DNA from: Felis catus
Lineage: Eukaryota
DNA length: 64,000 bases
Direction of reading: 5' to 3'
Assembly (NCBI RefSeq): GCF_018350175.1
Contig: NC_058371.1
Coordinates: forward strand, 144,708,001 to 144,772,000
Part shown: one piece after another, positions 50,621 to 62,361 of the stretch
Layout: every line of letters starts with the position of its first letter
Position numbering within the stretch: position 1 is the stretch's first letter
The notes under the pieces: model-generated
Told to the model about the DNA's origin: nothing
The model's input: the letters and a program-made list of their open reading frames with translations, nothing else
Database searches by the model: none
Program-made: the position numbers and the translations under genes

Positions 50621-51818
50621 GGAGAAGTAAGGGGTAAAACCTGGACCCACCTGGCACTGGATGCAGCTTGGGACGAATGAGAAAGAGGGGAGACAGAGGT
50701 GCCTTTGATTCTGTGAGCACGGGACACTGGGATGTAGAAATGTTATGTTCATGAGAGCAAGGGCAAGGTAAAACTGGAACTGGAAGTTAGGGAGAGAAGA
50801 CAGGACAGGGTCCAGCGGGCATTCACCGAGCTTGAGATTGCTTACGGACCATCTCCGCTAAGGTGACTTGCTGGTAGTTTCAGTATATAAATTATACACA
50901 AGGACTGAGAATACAGATTTTGCCAAGATGTAAAATCAGAAGTGATTGGTATTTCTGAAGCTATGAATATAGAGTAGGAGTCTTTGCTCTCAGAGGTGCT
51001 GTGGACTCCTTGAAAAGAAATGCAAATTTTGAGCATTTTAGAAAAAAAAAAAATGCAACTCACACTCCAAATTGGTTGTGCAGAAAAAAATCCCGTAAAT
51101 TAATTTGGTTCATTACTAATTAGTTTTTCTCTCCTGAATGCTTATATGCTAGGAAGTGAGAAAACAAACTAATTAAATGTCCAATCTGGTTTAAGTTGAG
51201 CCCAGCTGAGTAATGTAAAACGCTCCATCCAGAAATTTCCTGGATACCTCAGAATGCAAAGCTCAGGCTCTCAGAGATTCTCCATCTCCCCCTGTCTCTC
51301 TCACTAAGGTGGTACACAGGGGATGAGAAAGGGGACTTTGGCCTCGTGTGGGTCCTTGGAATGTTCTGGCAAGTGTTGTCCAGGGGCATCCTCCTTGGCC
51401 CCCCTGCTGTGTGTTCTGCTACCTCGAGGGCTGACTCTTGAGACAGGTGACCCAGATGGGGGAAGAACAAAGAAAGTGTATTGTAAGGAAAGAGGAAGGA
51501 AATAGGCAGGAGCAGGTGACCCGTCCTGGCATCTGTCATAAGGATGAAACCAAGAAACAGTCACGTTTCAACCAGTCATAGCAATGATCTATTCTCTACA
51601 TGATACCGAAGGTTGCGTTTTCAACCCACTTGCAGATGGGGCCATTCTGAGGAAAGCTTAAAGAGTCAGCTCTTAGTAGATGACAGAAAGCCTATGCGCA
51701 AGTGTCTCAGCACAGTGATTTAGCTCAAATAGAGAACCCAGGAGGAAGAGCAAGATTCAGGCACTTGGGATCATGGGGGCTGTAGTGGGGTAAAGTGGTG
51801 AAAACGATTGCATATTTG

Positions 51819-52034
51819 AATTTTTTTTTTTCAACGTTTATTTATTTTTGGGACAGAGAGAGACAGAGCATGAACGGGGGAGGGGCAGAGAGAGAGGGAG
51901 ACACAGAATCGGAAACAGGCTCCAGGCTCTGAGCCATCAGCCCAGAGCCCGACGCGGGGCTCGAACTCCCGGACCGCGAGATCGTGACCTGGCTGAAGTC
52001 GGACGCTCAATCGACTGCGCCACCCAGGCGCCCC
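51819..52034 (-). mobile_element. Young felid SINEC_Fc1
   Basis: 15-nt TSD acgattgcatatttg at 51804-18 and 52035-49. Confidence 0.97.
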
Positions 52035-52194
52035 ACGATTGCATATTTGGAAGAGGTTTTGTAAAGGCTAAGATGTTTTGTAGCCTAGCTAGGGACATCT
52101 GACAAGTCAGGGTGACTAGTTATGTAAGTTTAGTACAGGCTTATTGTACTAGAAGTCTCTGATTTAACTGGTTGAACTCGAACCTCTCTGCATT

Positions 52195-52386
52195 GGGGCA
52201 CCTGGTGGTTCAGTTGATTAAGCGTCCAACTCTTGGTTTCAGCTCAGGTCCTGATCTCACGGTTGGCGGGATCGAGCCCCAGTGCAAAGCCTGCTTTGGA
52301 TTCTCTCTCTCCCTCTCTCTCTCTGCCCCTTCCCTGCTCACTCTCTATCCCTGTCTCAAAATAAATAAATAAACATTTAAAAAAAA
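52195..52386 (+). mobile_element. Older CAN-SINE
   Basis: ggggcacctggtggttcag head and A-rich tail. Confidence 0.9.
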
Positions 52387-53016
52387 TGATATGATATGTG
52401 GTGGTCCTCATGGAGTCTAGAAAAGAAGAAAATGAGTAGCAAGGATCTGGGTTTATCCAGCACTGCCCGAGGTCAAGCTTCTGACCTCACCAGGGCATCC
52501 TACCTGTGTGTGCTGAATTATCTGCTATCAGCATGACCACCTCCTTTTCTACACTCCCCTCGGCAATGCAGGGCAGAGACCCGGAATCCTCTAGGATTCT
52601 TTTCCTCTTATGGTTCCAGGTGAGAATCTTCCAACCCCTACAAAATTTGAAAGGTGGAAGAAGAGAGAAGCTGTTTTCCTCCAGTGACGCTGATAAGCCG
52701 ATGTCTGGCCAGATGACGGACATAAAGCTTGTGGGGTTTTTCATGTGCGTGCCCGAGGATCACAGGCTTCCGGCTGGAGCTTTCCTGACCTTTGACTCTC
52801 CAGCTCGTCCAAGGGTCGTACAACGGGCCTCCAATTCCCTGCAGTAACACTCTTCTACGTGGAAACCCAGGGCGGTTCTATGTCTCTGATGGACCCCAGA
52901 ATGAGTCATTGGGGCAGCAGCAACCCTCAGAAATATCAACTTCCTTTTGCTTTAATTATCAATACTAATAATTACTAACATTAATTTAATTATTAATATT
53001 ATTTTCCCTGTACCTT

Positions 53017-53345
53017 AATGCCAGGAAGGGAATACCCTAGTACTTTAGGTCCAACTCACATAAAAGCAGACTTTGACACGAGGCCTTGGGAGAAACTGTT
53101 TATTTGGGAACCAGCTCCAGGATACACAAGTGAAGAAGAAGGGAAAATGAGGCAGGGGAGCAAGAGAAACTCCTGCCTAATCCTACTTGGGGCCATTTGA
53201 GGAACGATGTACAATGCCCCTCAGAAGCATTCCACCAAGGCTTGTGTCAAGATGGAGTTTCTAGCCACAGACAGCCACCCTTCATTGAGAGAGGGTTACC
53301 TCCAGGAATGACATGAAATCCTCTGTGCTTTTGGGCTGTCCTGCT
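53017..53345 (-). mobile_element. ERVL LTR16/33-like relic
   Basis: aaaagcagactttgacacgaggccttgggagaaactgtttatttgggaa is an antisense LTR16/33-type terminus. Confidence 0.6.
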
Positions 53346-53547
53346 CACAGGTAGAGAAATCCTCGCTTAGGACGGAGGAACCCCGTCCAGAGAAGCAGAA
53401 AACTNNNNNNNNNNNNNNNNNNNNNNNNNNNNNNNNNNNNNNNNNNNNNNNNNNNNNNNNNNNNNNNNNNNNNNNNNNNNNNNNNNNNNNNNNNNNNNNN
53501 NNNNNNNNNNNNNNNNNNNNNNNNNNNNNNNNNNNNNNNNNNNNNNN

Positions 53548-53649
53548 TGTCAGCACAGAGCCCAACGTGGAGCTCGAACTCACTAACTGGGAGATCGTGA
53601 CCTGGGCTGAAATAAAGACTTGGACGCTTAACCGACTTAGGCGCCCCAG
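53548..53649 (-). mobile_element. Felid CAN-SINE 5' half, rest in gap
   Basis: gtcagcacagagccc...gacgcttaaccgacttaggcgcccc. Confidence 0.9.
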
Positions 53650-54929
53650 GGAAAGGTGGCTTTTCTAACTCTGTGCAACTGACGTCCAGGCGTTGTGGTG
53701 ACAGTGGCACATGGCTTCCCCGTTAAGTCATCTGGCCTCTCTTTTCTGCTTTGCTACAGTGACAGGAGCAGAAATCAGAGTGCAGAAAGAGGAGAGAAGT
53801 GTGCATGTAGACAAAATGGCTAGAATTTAGCTGGTGTCATCAGAGGAAATGCACGCACCTCTCTTGTGTTTATTCCTTCCTCCTTCCCTCCCCCCGTCCC
53901 TCTCATCTTCTCTCCCTGTTTTTCTCTCTCCTCCTCCTCTTTTCTTGTAATTGATTTTGGTTTAATTCATCTTTCAGATCATGCCTACCACAAAGTTTAA
54001 GAAGTGAATTTAGTCGTTTTTAAAGAATGTAGCCCGCGAATGGCCCCCAAATAAAACAAGACGCCTTCTTCTAAATGACCTCTCTCCAGATTGCCTTTCC
54101 CCCACCCCCCGCCCCCCCTGGGCTGAGCAAAAGCAATCACCTGCCTTCAGCAAATACACACCGAATTGCCCAATAAATATGAGTTGCCGTGGAAACCAAA
54201 CCAAAAGAGAATAGAAAGATGAGGCTGAATATTAAGGATTTGTTTGGCCTTAGTGACTTGTTTCCCCCAGATCTGAAATTGTTCAGTCTGTGAAAATGTG
54301 AACCACAAGCTTCCCTCTCAGAAAGACACCAAATGAATCCTAAAGGCATCTTTAACCCCAAGTTCTGAGCATTTTGGTGCCTCTGACCAGCCGCTCCTAT
54401 AGTTCTTTGTCCCTTTTGGGGGGGCTCGAAAAAGAGCAATTGCAAATGACCTCTGGGGCAGCAGGTGTTGGTGGGAGTGGTGCGGTGGACAGACCAAGGG
54501 ATTTGGGATCAGACAGACCTGGAGTGCAGGCATCCCAGCTCTGCAGGGTTATTTTCCTAGCGGCATTTTGGCACCAGAGGTTCATTCCAGAAGGCTATCT
54601 TGGCAACTTATTTTGTAAGCAGAAAAGCTCTCGTTTGTCCTTAAAAGATGAAGAGCGATTCAAAGCATTTTTTCTCCGCACATCTTATTGCCCAGATTCA
54701 AACCTCAGACTTCCTTCCTGCTAATAAGGATAATTTCCTTTGCGCTCCAGGTAAAATATCCTGACACAAGTAATCCAGAGGGACAAGAATCCCCACCTCT
54801 TTCTTCGCAGCTCAGACGCTCATCAGAAAACGCCTTTTTATGGATTTGGAAAGAACCAAGGGACACTTACCAATGGTTGTATTATTACATCAAGGGTTCT
54901 TCCCTGAGATTCCAAGAAGGCAACTTTTA

Positions 54930-55830
54930 CTGGAGCTTGAGGAGGCCTCGTGGAGTGAGGTTAGAATCAGAAATTGTGGGTTCGAGTTTCAGATCGTGGA
55001 AACGGTTAGCTAGGTAAACATGGGCAGGCACTTGTCTTTTTTGAGTCTCAATTTTCTTAAAAGCCATAGAATAATTTCTAAATGCTTGGTTGGACTGTTG
55101 AGATGTTTCTTTGTTCGTAATATAAGCTAACATTCCTGTAGCACACACTGTGTACCAAGAAGTGAGTCATGCTTCACGTAAGAACTCATGGGATCCTCCC
55201 AACAACCCAACGGGCAGGAACCTACTGTCATCCTGGAAGGGGAGCTGCAGGACACCAGGGGACCACGGTCTTGTCCAAGGTCACGCAGCTAGTTAAGTGG
55301 CACACCCAGGATTCAAACTAGGGAAATGTGGCTCCACACTGTTATGGCCACCAGAAAATATTTATTAAGTACTCACCAATGTCCTAGGTACAGTGTTAAG
55401 CACTTTGCAAATAACGTCTGATTCATTCCTCCTTAGAACGCACAGGCACTGTTACTGTCCCAATTGTGCAGAGAAAGAAATATGTTCAAGGGATTGCCCA
55501 AAGCCCTATAATTTGCATGCAGAAATATTCCTTTTGCTCATAATATCCTCCGTCCACCGCTTACCCTCTCTCTCCTTTCTCTAAGTCTAAATATAAATGT
55601 TCTTCTGGTGGTCTTCCCTAGGCTAGGCATTCTTTCATACGCACTTGTAGTAAGCTGTATATTTACCTTTGTAGTAGCCACCAAAATCTTATTTAGTTGT
55701 CTTTATGTCACTATTTGCTTAGTATCTGTCTCTCCCACCAGCCCAGACTTAAATGGAGACAAGGACTGCATGTATTTCTGGTTAGCAGGGTATTTCCAGC
55801 ACCTTGCACCCAGTAGGTATGCACCAAATA
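54930..55830. mobile_element. Cluster of MIR (+ then -) and L2 (+) relics
   Basis: MIR cores in both orientations; L2 terminus cccagtaggtatgcaccaaatatttaataa. Approximate. Confidence 0.6.
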
Positions 55831-56514
55831 TTTAATAAATTAATGCATCCCTAACCTTCTTAGGTTGATGTCGATAAACATGAGAGCCTGAAATGGACAA
55901 AAAGAAGAATGAAATTGCTGAAAGAAACAATAAGAAGCAATTTTATTCATTCATTAGCTTATCAGGTGCCTACTGTGTGCCACACCCGAGTGAAGGAAAA
56001 TGCTATGTGATCCCATTAGGGTATGGTAATTGCAACTTAAAAATTGGCTTTCTAAGGCATTTGCTATACTTGAAAGCTCTAACTAAAAGGCTCAGCGATT
56101 ACGAAGGAACTCAATAAAATCGAAATAAAGTATTATCTGGGCAGTAATTTCACAGTAAATTTGGTTTAATAAAAATTTCACATGAATCATTTTTTAATTG
56201 ACACTCAAACACTGTCAACTCTTTGGGAGACAAATGTCAAGGAAATGAACGTTTATGCATTGCTGATTTTAAACGCGCTTGCAATATGGTGGCTAATATA
56301 AAGGAGATACTTTTATCTGATTTTTGCAATTTATTATCCTTTCCTGCTTTTCAGGTTGAGGAGGCATTATCGCTGTTCATAAGCTTTTTTTCTTTCCTTC
56401 TGGTATAAAATTCTTAGGCTGTTCCCACTGGAGGAGCTCTTTAAGAACACACAAAAATTAATTAACTATTCTTAAAATTCCTTCACGTTTAGAGTCTGAT
56501 TCCTTTAAATCACT

Positions 56515-57660
56515 TTTAAAAATAAACTTTATTTTTTAGAACACAATAAAGATGTATAGGGAAATTGTAGGAAATTTACAGGGAAATTGTGAAGATGATA
56601 CAGAGAATTCTCATGCACTCACACTCAGTTTCTCCTATTATTAACATTTTATACTTGATTGTTATAATTAATGAACCAATATTAAAATGTTCTTATTAAC
56701 CAAAAACCATACTTTATTCAGAATTCCTTAGTTTTTGCCAAGCTCCTATCTAGGACATCACATTACATTTTGTCCTCACGTTTTCTTAGGCTCCTCTTGC
56801 TTGTGACAGTTTTTCAGCCTTTCCATGTTGTTAATGACCTGGAACATTTGGGGGAGTAAGGTATTTTATAAAATGTTCCTCAGCTGGGATATGTCTGTTG
56901 TTTTTCTCGTGATGAGACTGTGATCATGGGTTATTAGGAGGACAACCACAGAGGTAAAGTGCCGTTTTTATTACATCATGTCAAGGATACATACTATCCA
57001 CATGGTTTATCAATCTTGATGTTGACCTGGATCGTCTGGCTGAGGTCATGTTTGTCAGCTTTCTCCACGGTAAAGTGACTCTTTCTTTTTCATCTTTTCC
57101 ATTATGTATTTTGTAGAAGGAAATTACTATGTGTGTTTCACCCATAAAGAGTGTGAAGTTATGCTCCGTCAAGTTGNNNNNNNNNNNNNNNNNNNNNNNN
57201 NNNNNNNNNNNNNNNNNNNNNNNNNNNNNNNNNNNNNNNNNNNNNNNNNNNNNNNNNNNNNNNNNNNNNNNNNNNNNNNNNNNNNNNNNNNNNNNNNNNN
57301 NNNNNNNNNNNNNNNNNNNNNNNNNNNNNNNNNNNNNNNNNNNNNNNNNNNNNNNNNNNNNNNNNNNNNNNNNNNNNNNNNNNNNNNNNNNNNNNNNNNN
57401 NNNNNNNNNNNNNNNNNNNNNNNNNNNNNNNNNNNNNNNNNNNNNNNNNNNNNNNNNNNNNNNNNNNNNNNNNNNNNNNNNNNNNNNNNNNNNNNNNNNN
57501 NNNNNNNNNNNNNNNNNCCTTTATTTATATTAATATGATTCATGGATCTTTATTATATACTTTGGGTTATACTAATCCAACACTACTTATTTTATTGCTT
57601 ATATTGTCTCCTCTCTGGCCATGGGAGTTCTTTCAGTTGACGCCCGTGTCCCTTTGACAT
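56515..57660 (-). mobile_element. L1MC-type LINE-1 3' end, contains 341-nt gap
   Basis: Antisense L1MC1-like text (ggacaaccacagaggtaaagtgcc...gatgttgacctggatc...ctggctgaggtcatgtttgtcagctttctccac). Confidence 0.8.
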
Positions 57661-57903
57661 ATTTCCATTATTGTGGGATCTTTTGTTTGTTCCCAAGTTT
57701 TTGAAAGGCAAGGTCTGCATAAATCTCACTTTAACTTGGCACATTCTCTGTTTGTGTCCCCCCACCCATCTTTGCCTCCCTCCCTTATCTTTTTCTCTCT
57801 TCTCTTTCTCATTCCTTTATTCACTATGATCAGAAAATGGGAAAGGATGTAAGATCTCAAATTTTGCTGTTTGCAGGGAAATTATTGCTCCTTGGAGGCT
57901 GGC

Positions 57904-58080
57904 CAGTGTTTCTCAAATGTTAGTATGCAAAAGAATAACCTGGAGAGCTTATTAAAATGGCCAGGCAACATTTTGATTATTTAGGTCAAGGAAGGGGCAA
58001 GTTGGGATTCTGCAGGTTAACAGGTACCCCCAGGAAATACTAATGGAGTTCTCTGAGGGCTTTGCTTTGAAAAGCAGTGA
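57904..58080. mobile_element. MER5A (hAT-Charlie MITE)
   Basis: Inverted termini cagtgtttctcaaa...tttgaaaagcagtg. Confidence 0.7.
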
Positions 58081-58996
58081 GCCTGAGGGCAGATAACTGT
58101 TCTGACAGACACATTTTTTTTTTCTAGTGGTTTGTTATACTTTTGGACATATATACTCACTGTTTGTGATAAAAGAGATATAGATTTGAGGATTTTCCAA
58201 CAGAAAAAACTACTTTGCCATAGTAAAGAACCTTAAAATATTCAGGATTTATGTTCAGTTAGGTTTTACATTTTAGCATTTGAGTACATATAAGGTCCCA
58301 GTTTTTCCCTGCTCAAATATAGAGTGCTTAGACCCCCTGACAGCATTTTAAGTTTGGGAGGAAACTGAGAGATCATCAGCCCTATGCCTCTCTTCTCTTA
58401 ACATACAGAGGAAACTGGGAGGCCTGGAGGATTGGATTGTCCAAGTTCGCATGCCTACTGGTGGCAGAGCTAGGTCTGAAAAAAGTCTTCCTAGAGATCG
58501 TTTCATCAAGACAGACACAATTCAACATAAACGGCTTAAGTTTTTTGTAAAATAGACCATTTGTATTTCTCTTTCTGTTTTTATATTTTTACATCAAGGT
58601 ACAATTGCATCTGGGTTTCAGGATTATAGCTTTTGTTAGCTATAAAAGTAAATAATGTAAAATATCAGTCTTTCCCATTCCAAGTTCTCTGTTTAAGTGT
58701 TTTCAAACTGAGTTTTGAAAATATTAACACTGGCACTTAGTTCTTGACTTGGATGAACTTAATCTGAATGAAGTCGGCTTTTACTATGATACAGGCAACG
58801 GGGATTAAGACTTGGAAGGTAAGGGGGGGGTGGTGGGAAAGGTCTCATGGCAGAGGTGTTTCTGGAGAAAACCCTTGTTTAATTAATTAATCAGGATTAG
58901 TTAATCACATGATGAGACACAACTCATATCCCTTTTAAAATGCTTCATCACATGTAACTAGCTGCCAGAAATAAGACCCCCTTGGTTGAATGTTTC

Positions 58997-59490
58997 TTTT
59001 TTTTTTTCTATATATGAAATTTATTGTCAAACTGGTTTCCATACAACACCCAGTGCTCATCCCAAAAGGTGCCCTCCTCAATACCCATCACCCACCCTCC
59101 CCACCCTCCAACCCCCCATCAGCCCTCAGTTTGTTCTCAGTTTTTAAGAGTCTCTTATGCTTTGGCTCTCTCCCACTCTAACCTCTTTTTTTGTTTTTTC
59201 CTTCCCCTCCTCCATGGGTTTCTGTTAAGTTTCTCAGGATCCACATAAGAGTGAAAACATACGGTATCTGTCTTTCTCTGTATGGCTTATTTCACTTAGC
59301 ATCACACTCTCCAGTTCCATCCTCGTTGCTACAAAGGGCCATATTTCGTTCTTTCTCATTGCCACGTAGTACTCCATTGTGTATATAAACCACAATTTCT
59401 GTATCCATTCATCAGTTGATGGACATTTAGGCTCTTTCCATAATTTGGCTATTGTTGAGAGTGCTATGAACATTGGGGTACAAGTGCCCC
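58997..59490 (-). mobile_element. 5'-truncated young felid LINE-1 (ORF2 C-terminus and 3' UTR)
   Basis: ORF 59234..59524(-) CTPMFIALSTIAKLWKEPKCPSTDEWIQKLWFIYTMEYYVAMRKNEIWPFVATRMELESVMLSEISHTEKDRY; flanking repeat ccccttggt(t/g)gaatgtttc. Confidence 0.95.
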
Positions 59491-59897
59491 CTTGGTGGAA
59501 TGTTTCACTGAGACAAAGTGACACTAATTCTAGATGAGCTTGGAGCTGTGAGATAACATTTTTGTGGAACTCTGGGCCATAACTGAGTCCTGGCTTTGTC
59601 CCTTACCAGCTATGTGACCTTGAGCAAGGCATTTTACTTTTCTGGTCTTCTCCATTTCCTTATCTAGAAGTTGAAGGGATTGGTTTCAATACCGTTAATG
59701 AACCCTTCATACTTACAAGTGTCAGGATTTGTTATTTCTGGATCGTTGCTAATAATAATCATGGCTTATTGATTGATTGATTGATTGTATTTTTCCATTC
59801 TGGAACTTTATTTGCCTTTCCGAATACTTAGTTACTAGAACTGGGAAAGAGTTTCAGGCCATTCTCCATTCACATTTTTGTTATTTTATGATCTACT

Positions 59898-60660
59898 TGA
59901 TGAGGTTTTGGGGTGATAGTGGGGGGTCTAGAGCCGATGACCAAGAAAGAATTCTTGAAGATGGCTTTGGGGCAAAAAGGTGATTTGGGCACAAAAAGGG
60001 ACGGGACCCATGGGCAGGAAGAGCTGTACTGTGGTTGTGAAGAATGGCGGGTTTCATACTATGGAGTTGGGGAGGTAAAGTCAAAAAGGAAGCCTCCAAA
60101 GGGACTTTGATATGTTAAAAAATTTTTTTAACATTTATTTTTGAAAGACAGTAAGAGACAGATCATGAGCTGGGGAGGGGCAGAGAGAGGAGACACAGAA
60201 TCCCAAGCAAGCTCCAGGCTCTGAGAGGTCAGCACAGAGCCCTAACCTAGAAACCATGAGATCCTGACCTGAGCCCAAGTGGGATGATTAACTGACTGAG
60301 CCACCCAGGTGCTCCAAAACTTTGATGTGTTAAAGAGGACTCTTAAGATGCCTGAGGCCTTGCTATTGTCAAGCTAAGGTTGTTTTTCCTCTAGTAAGGC
60401 GTGAACATTAAGGCAGCAGGGGGTTTCTGGAGAAATGTTCTACTCTGTATTTGCCTTAAGTATTTGTCAGTGGGCTGCAAGGTTATAAGGAAATTTAATT
60501 TTACCTGCCATTTCTTTCTTGTCTTTGTTCCCCATATTACTATGGAGGAGCTCCAGGAAACAGACTACAGGCTTCTGGAGATTAGGCTATTGATAAGATT
60601 GCCTTTTTCTTGTGATTTACTAAGATAACTTGTAAACTTATGAAGACCCACGTCCTGTAT
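59898..60660 (-). mobile_element. LTR-like element (probably ERV1-type), interrupted by a SINE; right end uncertain
   Basis: Shares ordered motif blocks with the element at about 61504-62361. Confidence 0.5.
60120..60315 (-). mobile_element. Felid CAN-SINE (Fc2-like)
   Basis: TSD actttgat(a/g)tgttaaa. Confidence 0.93.
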
Positions 60661-61059
60661 GATTGTGGTCTCTAGCAATTGGCCACTTGTGTTTTTTTTT
60701 TTTTTTTTCCCTTTCCTTTGTCCTTGGGCAGCCAGCAGTGCCTGAGGAATATCACACACGTCCCACCTGGTGGGAGGTAAGGGGCGGGGGGGGGGGGGGG
60801 GGGGGGGGGAGTGCTCTAGCTTGTACTTTGTCCTCAGCCGTCCCCATGCTCCCTCATCATACTGAAGGTCATTTCATAAATGAAGTGCTCAGGACTGCAG
60901 AGCTGGCTGGCACCTTTAAACTGGAAAAGAGATAGCATCTCAAGAGATGTTATTTCATATCAAGGCCACGTACCAGAGGGCTGCTTGTGTTTGTGTGTGT
61001 GTTTAAGAGAGAGAGGTCGTTGAGTAGAATTTGGAAGCAGATCATCTCTGTCTCTATCT

Positions 61060-61375
61060 ACAGGTCTACATTTATTTCTCTCTCTCTCTCTCTCTCTCTC
61101 TATTTCTACACATATCAGTTTCTATCTATTCTATATATTTATATATATATCTGTATCTCTATAGAAAGATCTATGTAGAGATAGAGATTCGATATGGAAA
61201 TATTTATTTTGTATATTATATATAAATATATACTTACAGGTAATAATTATTATATTACCATTAATATGTTTAATATAAATATATTAAATATAACATATAT
61301 TTCTCCTCCTGGGCTTGATCTATCTGTAGATCTATCTATCCCTCCATCATCTATCTATCTATCTATCTCTCTTCT
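61060..61375. repeat. Low-complexity (CT)n / AT-rich / (TCTA)n tract
   Basis: Direct read. Confidence 0.9.
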
Positions 61376-61503
61376 CCCAGGAAGAAAAAAATAGAGATAA
61401 GACTGTTGGGAATGTCTATCTCCAGAACGGATCATACAAGAAGGTAGGCAGAAACCTTCTGTACTTCCCTGATGTGGTGGCACAATTAACTCACAGATGT
61501 ACC

Positions 61504-62361
61504 TGTGATGTGATGGGGGCCTGGAAGGAAGTGAACAGTTAAGAAAGAACTCTTGAGCCGTTATCAGTGCAAACAGGTGTTCTTATTAAAGCATGGGGAT
61601 GGGACCCACGCACCGAAAGCGATGCACTGGGGCTGAGAGGAGTGATTGATTATACGCTTTTTAGTTGGGGGTGGGAAGTAGAGATAAGGGAAGTTCCAAA
61701 AAGAATTTTCATATGTTAAAGAAGACTTACAGGATCCCAGAGGTCTGGCTATTATCAAGCTAGCGTTGCTTTTTGCCACTAGCAGAGTATTAACATGAAG
61801 ATAACTGGGAGTTCTTTTTTTTTTCTTTTCCCTTTTTTTTTTTTTTTTTTTAGTTTATTCATTTTGAAAGAGTGCTAGCAGGGAGGGCAGAGGCAGAGAG
61901 AGAGGGAGAGAGAGAATCCCAAGCAGACTCCATGCTCAGCATGCAGAGCCCGACTGGGGGCTGGATCTCAAGGACCTGTGAGATCATGACCTGAGCTGAA
62001 AGCAAAGGTCAGATGCTAAACTGCCTGAACCAGCCAGTGCCCCCAAAGCAGTTGGGAGTTTTTGAGGAATAATAGCGAACTCTGCCTGTCTCAAGTATTT
62101 GTCCTTTTGTCTTTGTTCTCTTCATTACCTGGGGCTTCTCTCCCTTCCCCCCCCCCCACATCTCCTGCTTTTAGGGGAGTTTCCTACCATGGGTAAGCTG
62201 GTTATTCGGGCTTTCTTGGTGAAGAATCCAGAGGACACGGGGCAAGAGGAGGGTGAGATGGGACTGAGCCAAGGAAAGAATTTTCTAGGGATCTTGGGTA
62301 AGAGAAGTACAGCAGACCGAACAGGAGAGATGTGGCTCCAGGACAAGGGGTGCTGAGAAAC
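61504..62361 (-). mobile_element. LTR-like element (probably ERV1-type), interrupted by a SINE
   Basis: TG...CA ends; ttcttattaaagca reads as an AATAA-type signal on the - strand; homologous blocks to the 59898 element. Confidence 0.5.
61815..62044 (-). mobile_element. Older CAN-SINE
   Basis: Antisense body; tgggagtt on both sides. Confidence 0.9.

Larger units (their letters stand above)
11595..57517. other. Six assembly gaps: 11595-11752, 21852-22008, 24690-24841, 45139-45272, 53405-53547, 57177-57517
   Basis: N-runs read directly; each lies in or abuts a SINE or L1. Confidence 0.99.

Noticed and set aside
51598-51630. tgataccgaaggttgcgttttcaacccac, faintly tRNA-like
   Set aside because: No proper T-loop (GTTCRA), acceptor stem or D-arm.
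7516-52102. Recurrent ORFs MGQRETEHERGRG..., MPGWRSRLSVRLQPG..., MAQSVKRPTSAQ...
   Set aside because: They are translations of CAN-SINE copies in different frames, not a gene family.
11543-57543. Long ORFs containing X runs
   Set aside because: Artefacts of N-gaps being read as stop-free.
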